55,272 nt of DNA from a virus. Lineage: Duplodnaviria; Caudoviricetes. The notes beneath the pieces are model-generated. The model searched no databases, was not told the origin of the DNA, and saw nothing but the letters and a program-made list of their open reading frames with translations. Shown here piece by piece: positions 35,873 through 45,467 of this stretch (position 1 is the stretch's first letter; every line of letters begins with the position of its first letter). Where the stretch lies: the IMG/VR virus record IMGVR_UViG_3300009068_000048, positions 1 to 55,272 of that record; one strand, 5' to 3'. The position numbers and the translations under genes were made by a program.

Positions 35873-38800
35873 AATTCAGTCCAGATTCCATAACACGGGC
35901 AATCCGTATTGCTCAGGCTATTGGATCAAAGATTGATCCCGCATTTGGGACCATTCCTATGTTCAAAGAAGGCGAAGGTGCGCCTCTTGAACGCGATACC
36001 AGCAGGCAGACACAAGATGTGCGTATGCCTATGAATTACCCGCAAAAGTTTTCTGTGGGCGGACGTCCGACAAATAAGGTGCCCGACATAATTGATTACG
36101 ATGATCCATTTCGGTTTTTTCGTTTGCAAGACCCTTTTACTTTTGATGTACCTAAACACACATACGCTTCTGGCGGCGAGGTCGATGATCACGTTGTCAA
36201 TAATCCAATGTCTGTCTTCCCCAAGCCCCAGCGTATGTGGGATGAAGACAAACCGGGTGGTGCGTATCTTTCCATGCCGGATAAGGAAGATGTCACCGGC
36301 CACAAAGCCGCGCAAGCTTCCATTGGGATTGGTGAAGGCGGCAAGCCTTATTTCCACGCCTCACGCGACAAAGTCGATGAGACGGGTACACCCGGTAAGG
36401 GCAGTGCGCTGGTCAAGACCAACCTGTTCAAGCAGAAGGCTGGCTGGAAGTGGAAAGATGCGCCTGAAGGCCATGAGGACACCAACACAATTGTTTCTGT
36501 CGAGCATCGTGGCAACCACCATTATGTGCTTGGCGCACATTTCCCCAATGGCGTAGATCTCGCCCGCTACCCTGACGCCTCTTCTGAGCCCCGCCTGCGC
36601 CCCACTACCCGTGGTAACGTCGAACTGGGGCCACAGGTAGGGTCGATCCTTGTCCGTGGCCGTGAGCACCCCGTACACAGCCACGCCATCGTGCGCGAGT
36701 ATGGTGGGCGTGTGGACTACGCAGATGGCGGTGCGCCTGATGATCGTCAAAGTAATTTGGATGCCTTTTTAGAAGGCAACCACCCGCTTGTTCCGAATGT
36801 TGTGTATCACGGCACAGACAGGGACATATCCGAATTTGATACTGAGAAGCCTCGCCGGGTCGATGCGGGTATGGATGCGGGCTACACTGACACAGGCTGG
36901 TATGGGAAAGGCCATTATTTTACACCCCATAAAGAGGGGGCAAGCCATTTTGCGTCTGATTATCGCATGGAGGGTGAGCACGGTCCTAATGTAATGCCCG
37001 TGCATTTGTCTTTAAAAAACCCATTTATTGTAAAAGTTCCTTATTCCTCCAGCGGCGCGACAGACATGGACCGCGCCATGAATGAGGCGGGGTTTGCACA
37101 AAGTTCAAACCAAAGGCTGAATAGCAAGGGGCACGGCGAAAGGCTTCCGTCAGAGCAGACAAAGATGCTTATGGACGCAGGGCATGACGGTGTCATTGTC
37201 ATGCATCAATACGGCATCAAAGATCCTGAAGAAGAACAGGTTGCAAATAATCGTAAAAGCGAAGCCCACAAAAGGCATAACGCTGCTAAAGATGCATATT
37301 ACGAAGCATTTAGCAATCGCGGTAATGAATCTGCGTTTGATGCTGTAAAAGACGAATATATTAAAAGTCGGCATGAACTTCATGACGCAACGGAAGCCTC
37401 ATACGGCGATTACCACCCGCATGAATTTGTTGCTTTTAAACCCCATCAAATAAAATCCGCCATTGGCAATAGCGGTCGGTATGATCTAAGCGAGCCTCAT
37501 ATTGGCAGAGCCGCTGGCGGCGCGCTTGATGATGACGGTCGTGAGCTTAACGACTTTGGCCTTTACAGCCATGCAGCGGAGCAAGCTGGCGGTCTTCAAA
37601 AAACCGATAGCCCTAAGAATTACAAAGATATGCTGATGAAGCTAGGCGTCAAGCCTGCTGAAATAGAACATTCCGGTTACGATCAAGCATTTGCCGACCA
37701 GCCTCAGATCACCCGTGAGCAGGTTGCAGAGCATTTCCAAAACAATATGCCGCAGATGTTTGAAGTGCAGTATGGCGACGATGATTTCCCTACAAACCGC
37801 CATAAAATGTTGGACCGGCATGCCCAAGAATATAGCGATTATGCCATCCAGCAAAGGCAAAATGGCAATTACAATTACTTTGAAGAACCTGAATACGAAG
37901 AAATGATAAACCGGCATCGCGCCGAAAAAGCGGAAGTAGTTTCTAACCCATATGAAGGTGACCCTTTTCATCGTGGTTGGACCATACCCGGTGGCAAGAA
38001 TTACCGCGAAATCCTTCTTAAACATGATAGCGACTATTATGACTTTGGTGGTGTTGGTAACCATTTTGGCGGTTCTCCCAACATTGCTGCCAGCTTGCGG
38101 TTAAAGGACCGTGAGGATGCTGACGGTAACAAAATTTTGCACCTTGAAGAGTTGCAAAGCGATTGGGGCCAAGCGGCCCGCAAACATGGTTTCTACGATG
38201 CTGACCATATTTCTGAGACCCTATCAAGATTTAGGGATGCCAGAGATGAAGTAAACCGTGCCGCAGAAAGCGAAGACCACGACAGGATTGTTGCCGCTTT
38301 AAAGGCTCAAAAAGAAGCTAAAGACGCATACCAAAGCGCCCGCAGCGGCGTTCAGCGCGCCCCATATATTGATAAAACAGACAACTGGGTTGATCTTGGT
38401 CTGAAGCGGGCACTTCTTGAAGCAGCGCAGGGAGGCCATGATAAGCTGTCTTGGACACCCGGCGATGTACAAGCTGATCGCTACAGTTTGAGCAAGCACA
38501 TCAAAGAAATCCATCACCAATTAAATGATGACGGAACATACAACATCATTGCTACAGGCCGGAATAATTCAACCGTACATGACGAGTCAAGCATCCCGGA
38601 AAATAAACTGGCTGGGCTTCTTGGTAAAGAAATGGCTGAAAAAATAATTTCGCGCCAAGGTGATGACAGTGATCTTGATAAAAGGAATTCTAGTAACGAT
38701 TGGCGCAAGCTAAGTGGCCTCAGCCTTGATGTTGGCGGCGAAGGCATGAAGACGTTTTACGATCAAATGCTTCCAAAGCGTTTGTTGAAGCTTGCCCGTA

Positions 38801-41694
38801 TGCACGACCCTGACGCAGAATTTTCCAAGACTGTAATCAGCCACCCAAGAACTTCTGACTATATGTCAAAAGTCTCAGAGCTACCTTCTTTAAACATAAC
38901 GCAAAAGATGCGCGATAGCATCCTGAAGAACGGTTTTGCGGCTCATGCTGATGGCGGCGCAGTGGAAGGATACGATAATGGCGGCGGCGTTGATGATCAC
39001 CCGCTGACTAATCCTGTCTATCACGGCACCACAAGCGACTCAATATCGTCACCGCTGCCAAGCGGTCTTGGCATGGAGATGTTTGAAGCAAACCACCCTT
39101 CGCTTAATTACAATGCGCCAAATGTAACTGCCTTGGCTCTTGGGCCCCATGTTGCGCGTGATCCAAATATCTCTGGTGACATACGTTTTACAACAGGTGA
39201 GCAAGAAGTTAACGGGAAAAGGGTTGGATTTAAGCCAAAAGGCCATGTAGCATTGCTTAACACTTTTCCTGATGAAAAATTCTTTCCCGTAGAACAATCA
39301 TTTGACGATTTTGGCAACCATCAAGGTTCAGCAAGCAGTGATGATCAGGCGGTCCACAATACCGTTTATGCTGATGTTTTTCAAAACAATCCTAAGCTGA
39401 CGCGCAAAGTTTTGAGGGTAATGGGTAAAAGCCCTGAGCATATAGAAAGCTATGTCAGGGGTTTTCAATCCGGAGAGCCGTTTGAAGACCCACTTGGTTC
39501 TAATGGGTTCAAATGGCCAGACGTTAAAACTTTTGTCAATTCCTCCACCATCCCAACAAGCAAAAATCTTATGGGTGAAGTGGTTAAGGACTTCCGTAAA
39601 CGTATGCGGGACAAAGGTTATGTCGGCCTCAGCTACATAAACACCGATCTTGAAGAGACAAAAAACGCAAAAGACAAAAAGTGCTACATTGTTTTTCCGC
39701 AACGCGACAAGGAGACCGGATGGTATCCAATGCGTTTTAGGCAAGGTGCAGCCTATAATCCAGCCGACAAAGGCAAGCCCGGTCTGCACTTGGCAACTGG
39801 CGGCGAAGCTGATGGCATGGAGGGTGAAGAACCTCAGGCTGCTGAAAACCCCAATGGCGGTCTTATGTTCTCGCCTGAAGCTAACGCTGCGCGCCTCCAA
39901 GCAAAGACAAAGCGCGATGCACTGGTCGCTTCTGGTGCCCGCCCTGACACTGGATTGCCAAAGAACCCGCGCACAGTAATCAAAGCCCCTGAAGGCTCAG
40001 ATCTTCCTGACTTTGCAACAGGAAACATCAATTTTGACGATTGGCGCAAGCGTCACGAACAGATCTTGAATGATGACGAAATCCACCATTCATCGCAATG
40101 GTACAAGAATATTTACGGTAATTTTCAGAAATATTACCCTGAGGAAGCTGACGCCAAAAAGATGATGCGCGCTTGGCTTGTGGCCCAGCAAAACGTGTCG
40201 CCTGCCGGTGCCATGAACAATGTTCTCATGCAGCAAGAGCAGATGGATCGCGGTGATCCTGTGGAGCTTTGGCGCGCTGGTGGTATGCCAAACCCGACTG
40301 CCGCTGCGCGCTCAGTTCTTGCCAAAAAAGAAATCAAAGGCGGCGTTGGCCAGAAAATCTCCGATTTTGTCGATTCGGCTGAAGGCAAAAGCACACGTTC
40401 TTGGATGGGTGACCATCCTGATGGTGGCTCACCTTTTGTCGTGGACGTTCATACAGCCCGTGACACAGGTGTTGTTGACCAAGAGTTAATCAACCACCTG
40501 ACGCGCCTTGGCTATGATCCTGAAGCCCTTTCCAAGCTCAAGATCGACATGACCACATCTCCATCTGAGCCAATGTACGAAAACCGCGCTCAGTTTGGTC
40601 GTGACCTTACAGACCATCTCAATCAGATGGGATGGAAGGGGCGCAAAGATTGGACGCCTGATGAAATCCAAGCCATTGGCTGGATGGGAATGACAAAGCT
40701 CACCCGTAACGCTGAGGAGGATTCCGAATCCGGCCTTGGTCGTAACTTGCGCCGTATTTCCTATGAGCTTTCACCGGGTGAAGGATCTCCTTGGGAAGCA
40801 AAATATGGTAAGGGCTTTGAGTCCCTGCCCGACGAAGACCGTTACGACATTACCAAGAAAATGGCTGACAGTGCGATGGAACACGCACAAAAGCTTTCTG
40901 GTATTAATGTTCAAAACCTTGTGCATGGCACCGGGGCTTGGGAAAACTATCAAAACCCAGCCGCTGTCACGCAGTCACTTGCAACGCAGCGCGGTGCCGA
41001 CATTGCCGCCGCTGCCCTTGGCCACATGCTTCAGCAAACTGAGGTCTGGCACAATCGCGTGAAGCCAATGAGCAATGCCCCCAAGGGCTTCGCGCTCGAC
41101 TTTATCGAAAAGGGCTCCAACAACCTTGCTGAACCCGGCGCTTTGCGTGATTTCTGGGGCAAGGTCATGGAAGCAGATCCTCACGGCATCGTTAAGGGCT
41201 ACCAGCCAATAACGCTTCCAACAGGTGAAACAGGTTTACGGGCGCTTTTTGACAAGGGTGGAAAAAAGACCCAAGAACAGATTACCAACCTCTTAGCTGA
41301 CCACGAAAAAGACGAAGATGGAAATGTGGTGCGTAGCAACCCGTTTCGTGCTATGCTTGAATCTCAGCCATTTGATATGGATGTTATGGGCCATGAGGCC
41401 GAAATTACGAAACATAGGAATGATTGGAAGGCGCAGAAAAATGGGGAAGGTTACATTTCACGGTTGGTCGGGCTCCTCGGATACGATCCATCAGCCAAGC
41501 TCAATATTGCTGGGCAGCAACTTGAAAAAGAATTTGGGCAACACCTCGACGAGGCGCACAAAAGGCAAGGCACTTCTTGGCGTGAAGCGCCCGAAAGGTC
41601 TTTAAACCTGCCAAAAGCCAATGGCGGAGCCATTAATAAAGCTATTTTAATTGCAATGCGCGCAAAGAAGCGTTCTCCAGTTGCAATTAAGTAA
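35869..41694 (+). CDS. large polyvalent protein (two ART-like domains, a polyvalent-protein-type domain and an HhH-glycosylase-like domain)
   Basis: 1941 aa. VVYHGT...YFT...VHLSLKNP...GHDGVIV...FKPHQIKS (ART-PolyVal-like); PGGKNYREILL...LEELQSDW; second PVYHGT...GYVGLSY.N; WY...GQKISDF...VVDVH...WTPDEIQAIGW. Confidence 0.75.
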   Translation: MKFSPDSITRAIRIAQAIGSKIDPAFGTIPMFKEGEGAPLERDTSRQTQDVRMPMNYPQKFSVGGRPTNKVPDIIDYDDPFRFFRLQDPFTFDVPKHTYASGGEVDDHVVNNPMSVFPKPQRMWDEDKPGGAYLSMPDKEDVTGHKAAQASIGIGEGGKPYFHASRDKVDETGTPGKGSALVKTNLFKQKAGWKWKDAPEGHEDTNTIVSVEHRGNHHYVLGAHFPNGVDLARYPDASSEPRLRPTTRGNVELGPQVGSILVRGREHPVHSHAIVREYGGRVDYADGGAPDDRQSNLDAFLEGNHPLVPNVVYHGTDRDISEFDTEKPRRVDAGMDAGYTDTGWYGKGHYFTPHKEGASHFASDYRMEGEHGPNVMPVHLSLKNPFIVKVPYSSSGATDMDRAMNEAGFAQSSNQRLNSKGHGERLPSEQTKMLMDAGHDGVIVMHQYGIKDPEEEQVANNRKSEAHKRHNAAKDAYYEAFSNRGNESAFDAVKDEYIKSRHELHDATEASYGDYHPHEFVAFKPHQIKSAIGNSGRYDLSEPHIGRAAGGALDDDGRELNDFGLYSHAAEQAGGLQKTDSPKNYKDMLMKLGVKPAEIEHSGYDQAFADQPQITREQVAEHFQNNMPQMFEVQYGDDDFPTNRHKMLDRHAQEYSDYAIQQRQNGNYNYFEEPEYEEMINRHRAEKAEVVSNPYEGDPFHRGWTIPGGKNYREILLKHDSDYYDFGGVGNHFGGSPNIAASLRLKDREDADGNKILHLEELQSDWGQAARKHGFYDADHISETLSRFRDARDEVNRAAESEDHDRIVAALKAQKEAKDAYQSARSGVQRAPYIDKTDNWVDLGLKRALLEAAQGGHDKLSWTPGDVQADRYSLSKHIKEIHHQLNDDGTYNIIATGRNNSTVHDESSIPENKLAGLLGKEMAEKIISRQGDDSDLDKRNSSNDWRKLSGLSLDVGGEGMKTFYDQMLPKRLLKLARMHDPDAEFSKTVISHPRTSDYMSKVSELPSLNITQKMRDSILKNGFAAHADGGAVEGYDNGGGVDDHPLTNPVYHGTTSDSISSPLPSGLGMEMFEANHPSLNYNAPNVTALALGPHVARDPNISGDIRFTTGEQEVNGKRVGFKPKGHVALLNTFPDEKFFPVEQSFDDFGNHQGSASSDDQAVHNTVYADVFQNNPKLTRKVLRVMGKSPEHIESYVRGFQSGEPFEDPLGSNGFKWPDVKTFVNSSTIPTSKNLMGEVVKDFRKRMRDKGYVGLSYINTDLEETKNAKDKKCYIVFPQRDKETGWYPMRFRQGAAYNPADKGKPGLHLATGGEADGMEGEEPQAAENPNGGLMFSPEANAARLQAKTKRDALVASGARPDTGLPKNPRTVIKAPEGSDLPDFATGNINFDDWRKRHEQILNDDEIHHSSQWYKNIYGNFQKYYPEEADAKKMMRAWLVAQQNVSPAGAMNNVLMQQEQMDRGDPVELWRAGGMPNPTAAARSVLAKKEIKGGVGQKISDFVDSAEGKSTRSWMGDHPDGGSPFVVDVHTARDTGVVDQELINHLTRLGYDPEALSKLKIDMTTSPSEPMYENRAQFGRDLTDHLNQMGWKGRKDWTPDEIQAIGWMGMTKLTRNAEEDSESGLGRNLRRISYELSPGEGSPWEAKYGKGFESLPDEDRYDITKKMADSAMEHAQKLSGINVQNLVHGTGAWENYQNPAAVTQSLATQRGADIAAAALGHMLQQTEVWHNRVKPMSNAPKGFALDFIEKGSNNLAEPGALRDFWGKVMEADPHGIVKGYQPITLPTGETGLRALFDKGGKKTQEQITNLLADHEKDEDGNVVRSNPFRAMLESQPFDMDVMGHEAEITKHRNDWKAQKNGEGYISRLVGLLGYDPSAKLNIAGQQLEKEFGQHLDEAHKRQGTSWREAPERSLNLPKANGGAINKAILIAMRAKKRSPVAIK

Positions 41695-41776
41695 AAAGTT
41701 TGGCATTTTGCAATTTGTCGCCGCACGACAATTGCGGTAACACCCTGACGAGGGTTTTACTCCAATGGAGAATGCA

Positions 41777-43936
41777 ATGTCTGAAGATGGAATGCCCGCA
41801 CTGGCTAAAACTGCCCGCAAAATGATGCGCGATAAATTAAGCCGGATGCTCAAAGACAATAATGGTCCTGTAGATGCATCTGGTTATGTTGTTCCCGATC
41901 CTATGGATGCTGACGTTAAAACAGGTGCGCGTCCAATTTCGCGCCGCCAATTTAAGCGTGGTGGCAAGGTTGTTAACAACGCTGAAGGTAAGGAAACGCG
42001 CAAGCATGCAGGCCGCAAGCCACGCAAGTCGGGTGGAAGCGCCAACGCCACGCCTGATAGCTTAATCAACCGCAATGTCCGCGAAGCAAATGAGTCGCGT
42101 GAAGGCAAAAAGCACACAGGCGCTTTTGCATCTGGCGGCAAAGCAACTGCCGAAAAAGAAATGGGCGGTGGCCTTGCTTATTCCCCGAATGACACCCGTA
42201 TGGCCCGCGCTACTGGCCTCAAGAAAGGTGGAAGCCCTAAAGCCAAGGGTGGATCAACCTATGGCGACTCCACACCACTTCGCCTTGTTAAAACGCTTAC
42301 AGGACCAAAGGGTCACACTGCAAAGGTGTACAAAGATCAGGATTGGGGCGAGTATCGCATCAAGCATTATGATCCAGATGGCAAATATATGCCTAAAGCT
42401 GATTATCACACGGATGATCGCGAAGAAGCCACTGATCATGCACAAAATGTAGTAGACAAAGGCTTTAATGCTGGTGGTCGTGCCAAGAAGACAAATGGCG
42501 GATCAATGGATGATGGCATCTCCACGCGCCCAACCGACAGATACGGTAACCGCGCTACAGACAGAGATCTTGGCATGGTGCGGACTTCTGGCGGCATGCC
42601 AGATAGGGATATTTCTTCGCGCCCAACAGATAGTTCCGGTCGCCGCATAACCAATGAAGAACTTGGCATGGGTTACCCAGCAGAAGCGCGTCCAATGAAG
42701 CGCATGCCTCCCAAAGAGGCAGCTAAAGATGTTATGCGCGGCAAGCCAATGTCTGTGTCGCAAGTTCTTGCCGGTACACGCAATGGTCGCCAAGATGGAG
42801 GCGCTAACCGTGCTGCTAACCGTGCAATGCAGGATGCTAACCGTGCTATGAAAAATATGGAACGACAGCAAGAGTTGCCGAAAAATTATGGTGGCCAACA
42901 AGCAATGCAGCAACAGCCTATGCAACAACCAATGGATCAGCGTTATCAACACAATCAGCAGCAGGGTCAGATGCCTCGCAAGTCTGGCGGTAAAGCTTTT
43001 GAAGGCTCTGCCAAGGACGAATCGCAAGACAAGAAGCTTGCTAAAAAGTATGGCATGTCGATGTCTGCTTGGGAAAAGTCCAAGATGGACAAGAAGCATG
43101 ACACCCAGCAGTCCATGAAGGGCTTGAAGAAGGGCGGTCGCGCTCATCGCGAAACGGGTGGTTTAAACATCCCAACGCAGTCCTCAGCACCTCGTTCACT
43201 TGCGGTTGCTGGTGATCTTCCTGCAAGCACATCCGGAATGGCAAAGATGGGTCAGATTGCTGACACAGCAAGCAAAGCAATTTCTGCTGGTAAAGAGATT
43301 GCAGGTCTGTTTGGCAAAAAGAAAGCAGCGGGCCAAGCAAAGGGCGGTCGCATTGCTCGTAAGGATGGCGGCGGTCTTTATGCCAACATCCACGCCAAGC
43401 AAGAGCGTATCGCGCATGGCTCAAAGGAGCGTATGCGTAAGGTTGGCAGCGAAGGCGCTCCAACAGCGGAAGCATTTAAGCAATCTGCGCGCACAGCCAA
43501 GGCTTATGGTGGCTCATCCCTTGATGGTGAGATCCAAGGCACACGTCCAACAGGCGGTCGTTTAGCCCGCAAGTCCGGTGGTCGCAACAAGGGCAAGACG
43601 AATATCAACATCGTCATCCAAACAGGTAAGGGCGCGCAGGATAACATGGGACCTCCCGGCATGCCGCCTAAGCCTGCTGGCCTTCCTATCCCAATGCCAC
43701 CTATGGGTGATGGTGGTCCTCCACCAATGGGTGGTGCTCCAATGCCAATACCAATGCCACCACCACAGATGCCTATGGTTGGTCCGGGTGCTGGTGGTCC
43801 TCCGCCAATGGGTGGAGCGCCATTGCCTCGCAAGAGTGGTGGTCGCACTTACCGCTCTTACAAGGATATGGATGCAGGCGCTGGGTCAGGCGATGGTCGC
43901 TTGGAGAAAACGGAAATCCAACGTCATAAAAAGTAA
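41777..43936 (+). CDS. basic, low-complexity protein with ~20 xxxGG motifs
   Basis: GGAG RBS before ATG 41777 (ORF track starts at 41765); K/R/G/M-rich; Pro-rich C-terminus. Confidence 0.8.
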   Translation: MSEDGMPALAKTARKMMRDKLSRMLKDNNGPVDASGYVVPDPMDADVKTGARPISRRQFKRGGKVVNNAEGKETRKHAGRKPRKSGGSANATPDSLINRNVREANESREGKKHTGAFASGGKATAEKEMGGGLAYSPNDTRMARATGLKKGGSPKAKGGSTYGDSTPLRLVKTLTGPKGHTAKVYKDQDWGEYRIKHYDPDGKYMPKADYHTDDREEATDHAQNVVDKGFNAGGRAKKTNGGSMDDGISTRPTDRYGNRATDRDLGMVRTSGGMPDRDISSRPTDSSGRRITNEELGMGYPAEARPMKRMPPKEAAKDVMRGKPMSVSQVLAGTRNGRQDGGANRAANRAMQDANRAMKNMERQQELPKNYGGQQAMQQQPMQQPMDQRYQHNQQQGQMPRKSGGKAFEGSAKDESQDKKLAKKYGMSMSAWEKSKMDKKHDTQQSMKGLKKGGRAHRETGGLNIPTQSSAPRSLAVAGDLPASTSGMAKMGQIADTASKAISAGKEIAGLFGKKKAAGQAKGGRIARKDGGGLYANIHAKQERIAHGSKERMRKVGSEGAPTAEAFKQSARTAKAYGGSSLDGEIQGTRPTGGRLARKSGGRNKGKTNINIVIQTGKGAQDNMGPPGMPPKPAGLPIPMPPMGDGGPPPMGGAPMPIPMPPPQMPMVGPGAGGPPPMGGAPLPRKSGGRTYRSYKDMDAGAGSGDGRLEKTEIQRHKK

Positions 43937-43943
43937 CAGGAGT

Positions 43944-43978
43944 GGGGTGGTCCTAATCGGGCCACCCCTTATTATTTT
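43944..43978 (+). terminator. probable intrinsic terminator
   Basis: GGGGTGGTCC-TAATC-GGGCCACCCC followed by TTATTATTTT. Confidence 0.65.
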
Positions 43979-44176
43979 ATGAATTACAATACGCTATTTG
44001 AAAAAGAGTTGCGGCAGCTTATCTCAGAAGAGATAGGAAGGGTGACCGACAACATGGCCAATGGCCTTTCTATTAATGATATTGGGCAGTATAAGCACGA
44101 AGTGGGGCGCATACTGGCCCTGCGCTCTGCGCTCAATTTATGTGACGAAGTAAACGATATTTTATCTAAACGTTAG
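43979..44176 (+). CDS. small conserved head-region protein
   Basis: 65 aa; Y...VG.I..L motif; precedes the GroES-like gene. Confidence 0.65.
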   Translation: MNYNTLFEKELRQLISEEIGRVTDNMANGLSINDIGQYKHEVGRILALRSALNLCDEVNDILSKR

Positions 44177-44187
44177 GAGCTTTAGTA

Positions 44188-44580
44188 ATGCCGCAGATGG
44201 AAATGGATCATTCCACCGACCCAAAAGCCGATCTCATTGAACGCCTTGGGGACCTTAGCCAAGTAGACCTGTTCCATAATCAGGTCCTTCTCGCAATTTA
44301 TATTCGCCCAGAAAAGACCAAATCGGGCATCATTTTGACCGACAAATACCGCGACGAAGACAAGTATCAGTCAAAAGTCGGTATGGTGGTTAAAATGGGA
44401 GATCTTGCCTTTGATGACCCAACAGATGCTTGGTTTAAGGGCGTCAATGTCAGCATGAATGATTGGGTTGTTTACCGTCCATCTGATGGCTGGAGCATCA
44501 ACATTAATGGTGTTGATTGCCGTGTTCTTGACGATGTGAATGCGCGTATGCGTATCCCGACACCCGATATGGTTTGGTAA
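44188..44580 (+). CDS. GroES-like co-chaperonin
   Basis: NQVLL...EKTKSGIIL mobile loop, VGMVVKMGDLAF, DWVVY, RVLDD. Confidence 0.8.
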   Translation: MPQMEMDHSTDPKADLIERLGDLSQVDLFHNQVLLAIYIRPEKTKSGIILTDKYRDEDKYQSKVGMVVKMGDLAFDDPTDAWFKGVNVSMNDWVVYRPSDGWSININGVDCRVLDDVNARMRIPTPDMVW

Positions 44581-44589
44581 GGAGGTTTT

Positions 44590-45459
44590 ATGAACATTGA
44601 AGATATGAACGATCCAATTGAGATCGATCTGGAAGAAATCCAGAAAACTGAGCCTGAAGATGAAACAATTATCATTGAAGATGAGCCGGTAGAGAAGACT
44701 GAGCGGCGCATTGTAGAGCCTGACGAGGGTCTTGATGCCCTAAAAGAGAAGCTTGAGCAGGAGCGTCAGGCTCGTATGGATGCCGAAAGGCGCGCTCAGG
44801 AAGCCACCACAAGCGCATATTATGCCAATAATGAGGTGCAGGATAGTAACCTTCACCTTGTAAATAATGCTATCGACACCATTCAAAACCAAAATCAAAT
44901 CCTTAAATCTAACTTTAAGGCTGCGATGGAAAATGGCGATTATGATTCGGTTGTTGAGATCCAATCAGCCATGTCCGACAACGCCGCCAAGCTTATGCAG
45001 CTTGAGCAGGGCAAGCAGGCTCTAGAGACAACGCCACGGGCACCAGCGCCTGTCTTTGTACCTTCAGACCCCGTAGAGGCCTTGGCATCAGTATTAACGC
45101 CTCGTTCTGCTGATTGGGTGCGTTCGCATCCTGAATATGCAACAGATCAGCGTTTAAACAAGAAAATGCTTTTAGCGCATGAATGGGCTGTGGCTGATGG
45201 CATCTCGCCAGACACCGATGAATATTTTGCTTCTGTCGAAAATAGATTGGGGATTGATGGAGGCCGTCAAACCCCTAAGCGTCAATCTGCTCCGCCCGCA
45301 GCGCCTGTAAGCCGTAGCGGATCAGGCACAGGTTCGTCCAATCCAAACCACGTTACATTGAGTGGCGCGGAACGCGAAATGGCTGAAATGATGGGCATGA
45401 CGGCCAAGGAATACGCACAAAATAAGTTGGCGCTAAAGCGCGCCGGTAGGTTGAATTAA
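44590..45459 (+). CDS. putative capsid scaffolding protein
   Basis: Acidic N-terminus, long coiled coil, C-terminal VTLSGAEREMAEMMGMTAKEYAQNK; upstream of the capsid genes. Confidence 0.7.
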   Translation: MNIEDMNDPIEIDLEEIQKTEPEDETIIIEDEPVEKTERRIVEPDEGLDALKEKLEQERQARMDAERRAQEATTSAYYANNEVQDSNLHLVNNAIDTIQNQNQILKSNFKAAMENGDYDSVVEIQSAMSDNAAKLMQLEQGKQALETTPRAPAPVFVPSDPVEALASVLTPRSADWVRSHPEYATDQRLNKKMLLAHEWAVADGISPDTDEYFASVENRLGIDGGRQTPKRQSAPPAAPVSRSGSGTGSSNPNHVTLSGAEREMAEMMGMTAKEYAQNKLALKRAGRLN

Positions 45460-45467
45460 GGAGAATT

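Noticed and set aside
41706-41760. CTGACGA in the intergenic hairpins, resembling a hammerhead ribozyme core
   Set aside because: No properly placed GAAA and no three-stem junction; it simply forms ACCCT-GACG-AGGGT. The two hairpins may still be regulatory, but support is weak.
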